Positions 1 through 9,314 of a stretch of DNA of 64,000 nucleotides are shown here, in pieces (the stretch's first letter is position 1; every line of letters starts with the position of its first letter). The translations under genes were made by a program, and so were the position numbers. The notes under the pieces are model-generated. The model saw only the letters and a program-made list of their open reading frames with translations. It had not been told where the DNA came from and did no database searches. The stretch comes from Planctomycetota bacterium (lineage in GTDB: Bacteria > Planctomycetota > JAJSAM01 > JAJVHW01), in the NCBI GenBank assembly GCA_965248445.1, contig CBDFJG010000002.1:288001-352000 (forward strand), read 5' to 3'.

Positions 1-69
1 AGGTACGTCCGAGATCAGCGTGCTCTTGTCGTCGGGCGACGGTTCCGCCATACCCCTCCCCTGGCACAT
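1..69 (-). CDS. Partial CDS running off the window start, product unknown (MCQGRGMAEPSPDDKSTLISDVP...)
   Basis: ATG at 69 preceded by GGGGAG on the minus strand; frame open to position 1; only 23 codons visible. Confidence 0.35.
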   Translation of the reverse strand, partial: MCQGRGMAEPSPDDKSTLISDVP

Positions 70-80
70 CGTAGCTCCCC

Positions 81-180
81 GCTCGACGGAGTCAGCCGGC
101 GACCCAGAGACACCGACGGCCTCAGCCGTGGCGACCCGGCGGCCCCGGCTCGACGGCGTTAGCCGGCGACCCAGAGACAC
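81..180. repeat. Imperfect ~33-bp tandem repeat (two near-identical units flanking one degenerate unit)
   Basis: 81-113 gctcgacggagtcagccggcgacccagagacac vs 148-180 gctcgacggcgttagccggcgacccagagacac (31/33 identical); the intervening 34 bp is a degenerate unit. Confidence 0.75.
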
Positions 181-859
181 AGCCCAGCAGCCCTTCCAGG
201 CCGCCGGGTGGACGTGCTTCGAGCGGGAGGATGCGTTCGCGGGGGTTGCGGCGGTCGCGGATGATGTCGATCTCCACGATCACGAGCGGAGCGCTGATGT
301 CCTCCGTTCTCGTCGGAGGCCGCGCGGTGCCGGCGCGGCGGACCTCGGCGCGCAGGGAGACCAGGGGACCGAGCGACGCCGTGTCGCGCGACTTGGTCGT
401 GAGTGCAAGGGCCGCGGCATCGTGGGTGCGGGACAGGCTGGAGAGACGCGAGAGCAGCGCGGGCGGGAGCCGGCGTCGCCGCCGCTGAGATGACCTGCCG
501 CGAGATGACGCACCGCGGGCCTCGGTCATGTCGAGCACCACCAGACCGAACGCGCCGGATCGGAGCAGGCGGGCGCCGGTGCGTGCGACGTCGGTCCCCC
601 ACCCGCCGCCAATCAACTGGGGAACGCGCAGCACGGCGAGCGCGTCGAGATCGACGCCCGCGCGATCCATGTCGGGCGCGAAGAACGCGCTCGCGGTGGT
701 CGTGATCCAAGCGGTCGTCTCGCCCGCCCGTTGCGCGTCGCGGAGCACGGACGTCGCCGCGGTCAGGAGCGCACCGGGACCGGAGGGCGCCGAGAACTCG
801 ACGAGCCGGCCCGCGCAATCCGCGAACGAGACAGGAGCGGAGAAGGAGGGAGGAGACAT
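122..859 (-). CDS. imuA: ImuA-like / RecA-fold inactive ATPase (SOS mutagenesis cassette protein)
   Basis: GRLVEFS..., AWI...FFAPDMDRAGVDLDALAVLR, LLRSGAFGLVVLD typical of RecA-like ImuA; degenerate P-loop; directly downstream of lexA. Confidence 0.75.
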   Translation of the reverse strand: MSPPSFSAPVSFADCAGRLVEFSAPSGPGALLTAATSVLRDAQRAGETTAWITTTASAFFAPDMDRAGVDLDALAVLRVPQLIGGGWGTDVARTGARLLRSGAFGLVVLDMTEARGASSRGRSSQRRRRRLPPALLSRLSSLSRTHDAAALALTTKSRDTASLGPLVSLRAEVRRAGTARPPTRTEDISAPLVIVEIDIIRDRRNPRERILPLEARPPGGLEGLLGCVSGSPANAVEPGPPGRHG

Positions 860-907
860 CGCTTCAGCTCGAATGGTCCAACACGCGGCTAGAGGACACC
901 AAGAGCC

Positions 908-1609
908 CTACAACACACCAAGAGAACGGCGCACTTCGACGACGCGCCCGAGGATCTCGAGCCGATTGGGATCGGGCACGATCGGGTCGTACGCGGAGTT
1001 GGCGGGCAGCAGCGTGACGCGGCGCTTCTTCTTCTGCCGGCCCGGCTTGACCTGCAGCGTCTTGACGGTCGCCTCGCCGTCCACCAGCGCTACCACGATG
1101 TCGCCGCTCTTCGGGGTGACGTCGCGGCGCACGATGACGATGTCGTTCTCGAGGATGCCCGCGTCCTTCATGCTGTCGCCCTGCACGCGGAGCGCGAGCA
1201 GGGCGCCGACGCGGCGGGTGACCGCCCGGCCCGCGACCGGTACGTGGCCCTCGGGCGCTTCGATGGCCGCGGTCAGTCCGCCTGCCTGCACCAGCCCGAG
1301 CAGCGGGACCATCACCGTGGGAGCCCGTCCGGCCTCGCCCGGCGGGAGCCGGTAGCCGCGGGAGACGCTCGGGTCCTTGGCGAGACGGCCGTCTGCCACG
1401 AGCCTTGCGAGATGCACGCGTGCCGACTCCACCGCCTTGAGCCCCACGGCGTGCTGTACCTCGCGCACGGTCGGCGGCTGGCCGGCGAGCAAACGCCCGC
1501 GCACGTACCGGTAGATCTTCTCGCGGGTTTCGCCTCTCGGACGCCTCCGGGCGGGACGCTGGGCGCGACGCTGCTGTGGAGGACGCTGCTGGCGGCGGCG
1601 TGCTGGCAT
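908..1609 (-). CDS. lexA: LexA SOS repressor
   Basis: N-terminal PPTVREV HTH, VPLLGLVQAG cleavage region, LRVQGDSM catalytic Ser, EATVK catalytic Lys; ATG at 1609 chosen because GAAGGAG lies upstream. Confidence 0.93.
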   Translation of the reverse strand: MPARRRQQRPPQQRRAQRPARRRPRGETREKIYRYVRGRLLAGQPPTVREVQHAVGLKAVESARVHLARLVADGRLAKDPSVSRGYRLPPGEAGRAPTVMVPLLGLVQAGGLTAAIEAPEGHVPVAGRAVTRRVGALLALRVQGDSMKDAGILENDIVIVRRDVTPKSGDIVVALVDGEATVKTLQVKPGRQKKKRRVTLLPANSAYDPIVPDPNRLEILGRVVEVRRSLGVL

Positions 1610-1637
1610 CAGACCGTTCTCCTTCCATCGCCCCATT

Positions 1638-1660
1638 TGCGGACGGATGTCCGCATAGTA
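1638..1660 (-). promoter_or_regulatory. Candidate lexA promoter -10 (TACTAT) and overlapping palindromic operator TGCGGAC-N4-GTCCGCA
   Basis: Perfect 7-4-7 palindrome at 1638-1655 abutting TACTAT (minus strand, 1655-1660), about 30 bp upstream of the lexA ATG. Confidence 0.6.
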
Positions 1661-1692
1661 GCCTCACGGGGCGACGGCTGGCAGGAGTCCCG

Positions 1693-2841
1693 ATGCTGAT
1701 CGATCCTCTCTTCTGGCTGGCGGTGGTCGGCCTGCTGGGATGGCTCGTCTTCGCGGTCGTGGCCGGGCGCGGGGCCGCGACGATCGCCCGGCTCAAAGAT
1801 CAGGAGCCGTGCCGCCCGGAGGAGTGTCCGCGCGTCTCGATCGTCGTGGCGGGACGTGACGAGGAACACGCGATCGAGGGCGCTGTCAGGACACTGCTCG
1901 CACAAGACGTCCCCCACCTCGAGATCGTTGCTGTGAACGACCGCTCGACGGACCGCACGGGCGCGCTGCTTGACGGACTCGCCGAAGACGACGAGCGATT
2001 GACCGTCGTCCACGTCACCGACCTGCCTCCGCGCTGGCTCGGCAAGAACCACGCGTTGCACCTGGGCGCGGCCCGCGCGCAGGGCGAGTTCATCCTGTTC
2101 ACGGACGCGGACGTGCACTTTGCCCGCGATGCGGTGCGTCGCGCGCTCACGTACCAGCGCGAACACTCGCTGGATCATCTGACCGTGTTGCCCGACGTCG
2201 TCATGAAGGGCGCGTTGCTCCAGGCATTCACGGCGACGTTCTCGGTGCTGTTCGCAGGGTTCACGCGGCCGTGGAAGGCGCGCGACCCGACGAGCACCGC
2301 GCATCTCGGCATCGGCGCGTTCAACCTCGTGCGCGCAACGGCGTATCACGAGCGTGGCGGTCACGTCCCCATCGCGATGCGGCCGGACGACGATCTCCGG
2401 CTGGGCCGGCTGATGAAGTCCGCCGGCGGCCGGCAGGACGTGCTCTTCGGCAAGGGCGCGCTCTCGGTGGAGTGGTATCGGAGCGTGGGCGACGTCGTGC
2501 GCGGCTTCGAGAAGAACGCCTTCGCGGGCTTCGACTATCGCCTGTGGCTGCAGGCCCTGGCGACGCCGCTCCAGTTCCTGTTCGGCGTGTGGCCGTTCAT
2601 CGGCGTGTTCGTGACGGACGGTGCCGCCTTCTGGATGTCGCTCGCGACGGTGGCGATCGCGCTGCTCGCCGTCGCCGGCACACGGCGCTCGAGCAGCGTC
2701 AATCCACTCGTCGCGCCGCTGTTCCCGCTCGTGGTGCTGATCTTCCTGTACGTGCAGTGGCGAGCGACGGCGCTGACCCTGCTTCGCGGTGGCATCCGCT
2801 GGCGGGGGACCTTCTACTCGCTCGCGGAACTCCGCGCATGA
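1693..2841 (+). CDS. Glycosyltransferase family 2, membrane-bound (HpnB/CrtQ-like)
   Basis: VSIVVAGRDEE, VNDRSTDRT, WLGKNHAL, LFTDADV, DD motif; C-terminal TM helices; GGAG RBS before ATG 1693. Confidence 0.88.
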   Translation: MLIDPLFWLAVVGLLGWLVFAVVAGRGAATIARLKDQEPCRPEECPRVSIVVAGRDEEHAIEGAVRTLLAQDVPHLEIVAVNDRSTDRTGALLDGLAEDDERLTVVHVTDLPPRWLGKNHALHLGAARAQGEFILFTDADVHFARDAVRRALTYQREHSLDHLTVLPDVVMKGALLQAFTATFSVLFAGFTRPWKARDPTSTAHLGIGAFNLVRATAYHERGGHVPIAMRPDDDLRLGRLMKSAGGRQDVLFGKGALSVEWYRSVGDVVRGFEKNAFAGFDYRLWLQALATPLQFLFGVWPFIGVFVTDGAAFWMSLATVAIALLAVAGTRRSSSVNPLVAPLFPLVVLIFLYVQWRATALTLLRGGIRWRGTFYSLAELRA

Positions 2842-3497
2842 GCCGTACGAACGCACCCACGCCCGCGCAACTCCGCGCGCTCGCCCGGCGCGATCCCGTA
2901 CTCGGCCGCGCGATGCGATCGCTCGAACCCTATCCGGGCTTCCCGCCGCGCGGCGGGGGACGCGCCACGCACTACGAATCGCTCACCCGCGCGATCGTCT
3001 ACCAGCAACTGTCCGGCAAGGCGGCCGGCACGATCCACGGACGAGTGGTCGCGCTCACTCCGGGGAAGCGCTTTCCGCGGCCGCCGGAGCTCCTCGCGCT
3101 GCAAGACGATGCGTTGCGCGGCGCCGGCCTGTCCCGCGCGAAGCTCGCGGCGCTGCGCGATCTCGCCGGACGCATCGACGACGGGCGGTTACGCCTCACC
3201 GCGATCGGACGGCTGCCCGACGACGCGATCATCGAGCGCCTGGTCGAGGTGCGCGGCATCGGCGTGTGGAGCGCGCGCATGTTCCTGATGTTCCGGCTGG
3301 GACGGCTCGACGTGATGCCGTCGGGGGACCTCGGCGTGCGCGAGGGCGTGCGTCTCCTCGACGGCAGGGCGGAGCGACCGACACCCACTGAGGTGGCCGC
3401 CCGGGGCGCGTGCTGGGCGCCGCTGCGGAGCATCGGGGCCTGGTTCATGTGGCGTCTTGTTGAACGGCACCGCGAGCAGCACCGCGCCCGCAGCTGA
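2838..3497 (+). CDS. DNA-3-methyladenine glycosylase II family (AlkA-like, HhH-GPD)
   Basis: AIVYQQLSGKAAGTI, VRGIGVWSARMFLMFRLGRLDVMPSGDLG, WAPLRS; ATGA overlap with upstream stop. Confidence 0.9.
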   Translation: MSRTNAPTPAQLRALARRDPVLGRAMRSLEPYPGFPPRGGGRATHYESLTRAIVYQQLSGKAAGTIHGRVVALTPGKRFPRPPELLALQDDALRGAGLSRAKLAALRDLAGRIDDGRLRLTAIGRLPDDAIIERLVEVRGIGVWSARMFLMFRLGRLDVMPSGDLGVREGVRLLDGRAERPTPTEVAARGACWAPLRSIGAWFMWRLVERHREQHRARS

Positions 3498-3566
3498 GCC
3501 TCTCGCACCCGCCGAGGAGCTGACAGTTCGGCCGGACACATCAGCCTCCAGGCTCGACGTTCCCCC

Positions 3567-3604
3567 TTGACGCGATTACAGGCGTAGTTATGGTTACATC
3601 TGTA
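3567..3604 (+). promoter_or_regulatory. Sigma70-type promoter with tandem BlaI/CopY operators (TACA-NN-TGTA)
   Basis: TTGACG (3567-3572), 16 bp, TATGGT (3589-3594); TACAggCGTA at 3577-3586 and perfect TACAtcTGTA at 3595-3604. Confidence 0.8.
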
Positions 3605-3637
3605 GTCATGGAGCCGGATGCCGGCACGGAGGACGGG

Positions 3638-4018
3638 ATGGGCGGCTTGCCCCGGATCAGCGACGCAGAGTGGGACGTGATGACCGTGCTGTGGGAGGAG
3701 CACCCCCTTTCCGCGCACCAGGTGGCCGAGCGGTTGGCGGACCAGAGGGACTGGTCGCCTCAGACCGTCAAGACGCTGCTCGGCCGCCTCGTGCGCAAGG
3801 GGGCGCTCGGCTTCCTGACGGTGGGGCGGCGCTACCTCTACCACCCGAAGCTGTCGCGTGAACGGTGCGTGCGCGAAGAGAGCAAGTCGTTCGCCGAGCG
3901 GGTGTTCGGCGGTGACGCGCACCCGCTCCTCGTGCACATGGTGCGCGAGACGGAGATGTCCAAGGACGAGATCGCAGAACTGCGCCGCATCCTCGGCGAG
4001 AAGGAAGAGGAGGAGTGA
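3638..4018 (+). CDS. BlaI/MecI/CopY family transcriptional repressor
   Basis: ISDAEWDVMTVLW, WSPQTVKTLLGRLVRKG, GRRYLYHP; GGAGG RBS before ATG 3638 (alternative ATG 3608). Confidence 0.93.
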   Translation: MGGLPRISDAEWDVMTVLWEEHPLSAHQVAERLADQRDWSPQTVKTLLGRLVRKGALGFLTVGRRYLYHPKLSRERCVREESKSFAERVFGGDAHPLLVHMVRETEMSKDEIAELRRILGEKEEEE

Positions 4019-6408
4019 TGCAGACCATCGACTCCATCGCCGGCGTCGTCGTGCAGTACCTCGCTGAGACCGGCCTGCACGTCGTCATCATCGCAGCCGC
4101 CGTTGCGGTCGCGCTTGTCCTGTTCGGACGCAAGCTCGGCCCGCGCGTGCGCTACGCGCTGTGGGGACTGGTCGTTCTCCGGCTGCTGCTACCGGTGGTT
4201 CCGTCGTCGCCGACGAGCGTGCTGAACGTGGCGCAGGTCGCGCGGGCCGACGTCGTCGCGCCGGCCGATCCGAGTGACCTGCCGACCAGGTCTGCGGCCA
4301 TTGCGACGGACGCTCCGACCGCGCCGGCAGCCGCCGTTGCGCGCGATCACTTGGACGAGGAGCGCGCGGAGGGGCACACGAAGCGGAGCAGCCGCCCGGC
4401 GTTCGTCGAGGCGGATCTCCCGACGGTCTCCGAGAACTACGAGGACGAGGCGTCGGCCGCCGCCCTCCTCGGCGTTGTGCCGGAGTCGCCGGGTCCGTTC
4501 CCCTGGAAGAGAGCCGGATTCCTCGTGTGGGCTGCCGGCGCACTGCTCGCGCTGCTTCGTCTCGTCGTGCGCGAGCGGCGCTTCGAGCGGTCGCTGCGAC
4601 ATGCCCGGCCGTTTGCTCCGGGACGGGTGACCGCACTCCTCGCGGCTGCCGCCGACGGCGTGGGCGTTCGCGCACCGATCGTCGTCGAGACCAACGCAGT
4701 GGAGACTCCGGCGCTGACCGGAGTACGCCGTCCCCGGCTGCTGCTGCCAGACGGCCTCGCCGGGCGGCTCACGGACGCGGAACTCGCGTTCGTGTTCCGT
4801 CACGAACTCGCCCATCTGCGGGCGGGGGACGTGTCCGTGAACTGGATGCTCGCACTGTTCGCATCGCTGCACTGGTTCAACCCGGTTGTGCACGTCGCGT
4901 TCTCGCGACTGCGGGCGGAACGCGAGGCCGTCCGCGACCACACGGCGCTCACCGGCGCTGATCAAGGCACCGCCCGCGCGTACGGCGAGACGCTGCTGCG
5001 GCTGCTCTCCGCTCGCCGTCCGCGCGCTGCCGCGCCGGCGGCTGCGGCGGGAATCGTCGAGGGACCACGACTCCCTGGAGGACGGGGGGATCTCAGAAGG
5101 AGGATCACCATGCTCAGTCAATTTGGTTCGCACTCACGCGTCGCGCGGATCGCCGGCGCGGTGCTCGTCGCCACGGTGGCCGTGGGCACGCTGACGACCG
5201 CGACCGGGACGTCGACTCCAGCCCGCGCGCAGGACCGGCCGCTCGCGGAGTTCCAGGCCCCGCGACAGAACACGCCGCAGGGCGTTCGCGTCGAGCGGGA
5301 GCGCACCACGCCGGACTGGGAGCGTGCGTTGCGCCGGAAGCTGGATGCGCAGATCGCGATCACCGGCGACTTGCGCAACCTCGCGGCCGTGTTCGCCCGC
5401 GTCCGCGAGCGGGCCGGGGTCAACCTCGTGGTCCACCCGGAGGACATGGACGATCCGGCCGATCACGACGTCGATCTCCCGGTCGGCGCCGTGATGAGCG
5501 CCGATCAGGTCCTGACCCTCTCCCCGCACGGTACCGACATCGCGCACCACTATGCCGACGGCGCCGTGTACGTGGCGCGAGCCTATCGCCTCCCGAACTA
5601 CGCCGACCGGCGGTACTACGACGTGCGCGCGATGCTCGACCGCGACGCGCGGCGAAGCGTCCGGGAGGAGGGACACGACCTCGCCGAATCCGGCAGGAGC
5701 ATCACCGACTGGTACGAGCACGACGAACTGATCGACCTCGTGCGGGACTTCGGCGGCCGAGACGCGTGGAGCCGTGAAGGCACCTCCATCGAAGCCTGGA
5801 AGGCGCTACTGGTCGTGAAGCAGTCCGACAGTACGCACGCCGAGATCAAGCAGTTCCTGGATCTGCTGCTCTCGCGCGGCGCCACGGCCACGCGTGCCAC
5901 TCCAGAGTGGGAGCAGGCGATCGCGCAACAGCTCGAGAGGCGCATCTCGGTCGGATTCGCCCAGACTCCGCTGGCCGACGTGGTCGCCGCGATCAAGGAG
6001 CAGACCGGCGTGCCTCTCGTCGTGTCCGAGGAGCTGGCGGAGGACGCGGATCACGTGACGCTGTCGCTCGAGGACACTTCGGCTGCCGACGTGATCCGCT
6101 GGATCTCGCGCCTCACGCGACTCCACGTTGCGGCCGAGCACGGAGTCCTGCGGTTCACCGATCTGCCGCCGCTCGAGATTCGGTGCTACGAGATCGATGA
6201 CATCCTCACCGCCCGCAGCGACGACGATGGGACCGACGTCGACCATCTCTACGAACTGATCCGGCACTCGATCGAACCCGTCACGTGGGAGGAGTTGCCG
6301 GTGCGCATCGCCCACTGGGACGGTCTGCTCGTCGTCAGGCAGACGCCGACCACGCACGGGAAGATCGCGGACTTCCTGGCGACCCTGAGAAGGGCATTGC
6401 ACGACTGA
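4018..6408 (+). CDS. BlaR1-like M56 metallopeptidase sensor with two C-terminal secretin-N/STN-like repeats
   Basis: RYALWGLVVLRLLLP, HELAHLRAGD, LHWFNP, ERE..RD, LRRRITM; C-terminal twin repeats (YDV/YEI...W...LLVVxQ...HxxI.xFL); no penicillin-binding domain recognised. Confidence 0.85.
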   Translation: MQTIDSIAGVVVQYLAETGLHVVIIAAAVAVALVLFGRKLGPRVRYALWGLVVLRLLLPVVPSSPTSVLNVAQVARADVVAPADPSDLPTRSAAIATDAPTAPAAAVARDHLDEERAEGHTKRSSRPAFVEADLPTVSENYEDEASAAALLGVVPESPGPFPWKRAGFLVWAAGALLALLRLVVRERRFERSLRHARPFAPGRVTALLAAAADGVGVRAPIVVETNAVETPALTGVRRPRLLLPDGLAGRLTDAELAFVFRHELAHLRAGDVSVNWMLALFASLHWFNPVVHVAFSRLRAEREAVRDHTALTGADQGTARAYGETLLRLLSARRPRAAAPAAAAGIVEGPRLPGGRGDLRRRITMLSQFGSHSRVARIAGAVLVATVAVGTLTTATGTSTPARAQDRPLAEFQAPRQNTPQGVRVERERTTPDWERALRRKLDAQIAITGDLRNLAAVFARVRERAGVNLVVHPEDMDDPADHDVDLPVGAVMSADQVLTLSPHGTDIAHHYADGAVYVARAYRLPNYADRRYYDVRAMLDRDARRSVREEGHDLAESGRSITDWYEHDELIDLVRDFGGRDAWSREGTSIEAWKALLVVKQSDSTHAEIKQFLDLLLSRGATATRATPEWEQAIAQQLERRISVGFAQTPLADVVAAIKEQTGVPLVVSEELAEDADHVTLSLEDTSAADVIRWISRLTRLHVAAEHGVLRFTDLPPLEIRCYEIDDILTARSDDDGTDVDHLYELIRHSIEPVTWEELPVRIAHWDGLLVVRQTPTTHGKIADFLATLRRALHD

Positions 6409-6458
6409 GACCCGAACTCCGTTCGTCTGCGGCACCCTGGCCGGAGAGACTCGCGGGT

Positions 6459-6920
6459 GTGACGTTGACGACGGGATCGGGTGGTGGCGGCGGGCCGCCA
6501 GTGTTGGGCTACGCGCTGGCCTTCGCCGGTGTGTTGCTGGTGGCATTCGTCGCGTGGATCGTGCGGTTCTCGCAGCCGGACCTGATCGAGCAGGTCGATG
6601 CGGGGCTGGCCGCCGCGGTCGCGCGCCGCGAGGCGCCGCCGACCGCGGAGATCGCAGCGCGGTCCACCGCGACCGAAATTCTCATGACCGTCGTCGGCGT
6701 GCCCTCACGCGCGGACCAGACGCGGTTGCTGTTCGCCATAGCCCGGTCCCAGGAGAGCGAGCAGTGGATGCCGGTGGCGGTCTCGTTCGGATCGTACGTC
6801 GAGATCGGCGAGCCTGCTGGGGGAGAGGACGACGCGGATGCGGAGTCCGAGCCGGTGCGTGACCTGCAGATCGACCGCGTCGTGTACGTATCCGACGGTC
6901 AGGTCCCAACCGATCGTTGA
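6459..6920 (+). CDS. Hypothetical membrane-anchored protein
   Basis: One hydrophobic helix, fills the gap between neighbours; start uncertain. Confidence 0.5.
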   Translation: MTLTTGSGGGGGPPVLGYALAFAGVLLVAFVAWIVRFSQPDLIEQVDAGLAAAVARREAPPTAEIAARSTATEILMTVVGVPSRADQTRLLFAIARSQESEQWMPVAVSFGSYVEIGEPAGGEDDADAESEPVRDLQIDRVVYVSDGQVPTDR

Positions 6921-6943
6921 CGGCCGAGCCGCCGAACGCGCGG

Positions 6944-7951
6944 CTAGAAGTCGAGCTGGTACTGCAGAGCGAGCGAACCGAACCGCTGGGAGTCGGCCTG
7001 GCCGTCGAACTCCCGCGAACGCAGGACCTGGCCGAGCGACACACGGAAGTTGCCCCACTGCGCCGCGATGCCGGCTTGCGCCTCGCCGACGAACGGCTTG
7101 CGGTCGACGCTGTGGCTGTCGCGGAAGGTGTTGCCGTCCAGGAAGATGTTGTGTGCGACGCCGCGCGCCTCGCCACCGAGATACGCGTACCAGCGGAAGC
7201 CGTCGCGGCCCTCCACGGGTCCGACCTCCGTCGCCGTGCGGTGAATCGTGTTCACACCGAAGTCGCGGGGCAGGTCCTGCCCGAAGCGCACCATGCCGCT
7301 GACGGATCCCAGCGTGCGGATGTTGCCGAGGTCGATGCCGACTCCGCCGATGGCGTCCCACTCGTGGCCGGTGGTCGTGCGGCCGGCGAGCAGACGCTTT
7401 CGGTAGTTGTAGGTCAGCACGAGGCCCGCCTCGTCCTTCAGTTGGTTGTCCCACCCGCGGGGCTCGCTCGAACCGCTGAACGCGTGACCGGCGCGGTGGA
7501 CCTTCGACGCGCGCGAGCTCGGCCCGATGACGCCGACGTCGAGCTCCCACGAGTTCATCGAGTCGCCCTGGGGACCGTCCTGACGGCGATCCACGTCGGC
7601 GAACATCGCGCCGGCATAGAGCCAGCCGGCGTAGGGGCGGTCCTCGCGGAGCAGCCGCCGGGCGTTGATGTTGCGCGGCGTGTACATCTCCTGGCCCAGC
7701 ACGGCGCCGATGGCCTGCGTGGTCGAGTTCGAGACCGGCAGAAACTTCGGGACGCGCTTGGCGAAGTTGGGCGCGACCTCGTAGGGCACCACCCAGCTCG
7801 CGCGGGCCCCCTGGGTGTAGTGTTCGTCCTCGTTCGACCCGACGGTCAGTCCGTCGTTCTCCTCGTAGAGCGTGTAGGTGCTCCCCGAGACGCAGGACGA
7901 CGTGACGAGCGCCAGCGTCACGAGTGCGACGCGTACGCGATGGACGGGCAT
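6944..7951 (-). CDS. Lipid A 3'-O-deacylase LpxR family outer-membrane barrel
   Basis: END...YTQG, GQEMYTP, DRPYAGWLY, GWDNQL, NIFLDGNTF, terminal F; signal peptide. Confidence 0.88.
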   Translation of the reverse strand: MPVHRVRVALVTLALVTSSCVSGSTYTLYEENDGLTVGSNEDEHYTQGARASWVVPYEVAPNFAKRVPKFLPVSNSTTQAIGAVLGQEMYTPRNINARRLLREDRPYAGWLYAGAMFADVDRRQDGPQGDSMNSWELDVGVIGPSSRASKVHRAGHAFSGSSEPRGWDNQLKDEAGLVLTYNYRKRLLAGRTTTGHEWDAIGGVGIDLGNIRTLGSVSGMVRFGQDLPRDFGVNTIHRTATEVGPVEGRDGFRWYAYLGGEARGVAHNIFLDGNTFRDSHSVDRKPFVGEAQAGIAAQWGNFRVSLGQVLRSREFDGQADSQRFGSLALQYQLDF

Positions 7952-8097
7952 CGTTTCCTCCCCGGACACGGCGCTTCGCGTCCCGGATTCTCATTTCGAG
8001 AGACGCAACGGTGGGCGTTTCGACCCGGTCTCCTCCTCCTCATGTCACAACGCCGCTTCTGCTTGTTGCGTGGCCTCGCGGATGCGACGGTGACGAC

Positions 8098-9015
8098 GTG
8101 CCGTCGCAGAACGAATGGGACGCCGACATCGCCCTCGACGCGGACACCGCGCGCGACGTGCTCGAGGCGCAGTTCCCGGCGGTGTTCTCTCCTCTGGCGC
8201 CGGCGCGGGTCACGCTGCTCCCTGCCGGCTGGGACAACCACGTGTTCCTGGTCAACGACGAGTGGGTCTTCCGCTTCCCGCGGCGGGAGATCGCCGTGCG
8301 CTTCCTCGCGTACGAGCAAGAGTGCCTGCCCGCACTCGCGGCGCACCTTCCGTTGCCGGTCCCCGTCCCCGCGATGCTCGGATCCGCGACCGCCGGCTTC
8401 CCCCGCGCGTTCTTCGGGTATCGGGTGCTCGCCGGCACCACGGCCTGCCGTGCGGATCTCACGCCGGCGCAGCGGGCCGCGTGCGCGCAGCCGCTGGGGG
8501 ACTTCCTGCGCTCTCTCCACGCGCTCTCGCCGTCGATCGAGCTGCCTCCGGGCTTCATTCACCGGGCGGACGTGCGCCGCCGGGCGGGCCCGATGCGTGA
8601 GCGCGTGTTGGCGCTCAGCGGGGAGCCCGGCCTCGACGTGGACGCGCTGGTCGCTGTGATCGACGAGGCCGCGGCGGCAACACCCTGGGACGGCCGGGCG
8701 GTGCCGTGCCACGGCGACCTCTATGCGCGCCACGTCCTCGTGGACGAGGGGCTCCGGCCTTGCGGCATCATCGACTGGGGCGACGTCCACGGGGGCGATC
8801 GCGCGGTGGACCTGGGCGTCGCGTGGAGCTTCCTCCCGGCTGCGGCGCGCCAGGAGTTCCGCGCAGCCTATGGCCCGCTCGACGCCGACACCTGGGCGCG
8901 CGCCCGCTACCGGGCGGTGCACTACGGAGTGCATCTCTTGCGCTACGGCCGTGCCGAGGGCGACGAGGCGATCCTGAGAGCGTCCGCTTGGGCGTTCGAG
9001 GGTGCCTTGGCGTGA
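8098..9015 (+). CDS. Aminoglycoside phosphotransferase (APH)-family kinase
   Basis: GWDN, WVFRFPRR, CHGDLYARHVL, GIIDWGD; GTG start inferred. Confidence 0.85.
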   Translation: MPSQNEWDADIALDADTARDVLEAQFPAVFSPLAPARVTLLPAGWDNHVFLVNDEWVFRFPRREIAVRFLAYEQECLPALAAHLPLPVPVPAMLGSATAGFPRAFFGYRVLAGTTACRADLTPAQRAACAQPLGDFLRSLHALSPSIELPPGFIHRADVRRRAGPMRERVLALSGEPGLDVDALVAVIDEAAAATPWDGRAVPCHGDLYARHVLVDEGLRPCGIIDWGDVHGGDRAVDLGVAWSFLPAAARQEFRAAYGPLDADTWARARYRAVHYGVHLLRYGRAEGDEAILRASAWAFEGALA

Positions 9016-9088
9016 GGGCGGCGGGCGCCGCCGGAAATCGCTTCCCCGGCCGCGGGCGTGTCCCACAATCTCCCGCCCGGGCCGCACG

Positions 9089-9163
9089 GCCAGCGTAGCT
9101 CAATGGCAGAGCCCCTGTTTTGTAAACAGGAGGTTGTGGGTTCGAGTCCCGCCGCTGGCTCCA
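9089..9163 (+). tRNA. tRNA-Thr(TGT)
   Basis: GCCAGCG/CGCTGGC acceptor stem, cctgt-TT-TGT-AA-acagg anticodon arm, GGTTCGAGTCC, encoded CCA. Confidence 0.97.
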
Positions 9164-9228
9164 TGGCCGTGTGTACCGGGTCGCGCGCGACACGATCGCG
9201 TGCGCGCACGCAGCCTGACATCAACGGT

Positions 9229-9314
9229 GGGTAGTTGCCTGAGCGGTCAAAAGGACCAGACTGTAAATCTGGCGGCGTACGCCTTCAGTGGTTCGAATCC
9301 ACTACTGCCCACCA
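9229..9314 (+). tRNA. tRNA-Tyr(GTA)
   Basis: GGGTAGT/ACTGCCC acceptor stem, ccaga-CT-GTA-AA-tctgg, long variable arm, GGTTCGAATCC, ACCA end. Confidence 0.97.

Noticed and set aside
81..180. 33-bp repeat / 34-bp spacer / 33-bp repeat resembling a mini-CRISPR
   Set aside because: The spacer is itself a degenerate repeat unit, one unit lies inside a CDS, there are only two copies, and no cas genes are in view.
3638..6408. Beta-lactam resistance locus
   Set aside because: No beta-lactamase and no SxxK-type penicillin-binding sensor domain recognised.
8098..9015. Aminoglycoside resistance gene
   Set aside because: The APH-fold motifs are generic, the context is chromosomal, and substrate cannot be inferred.
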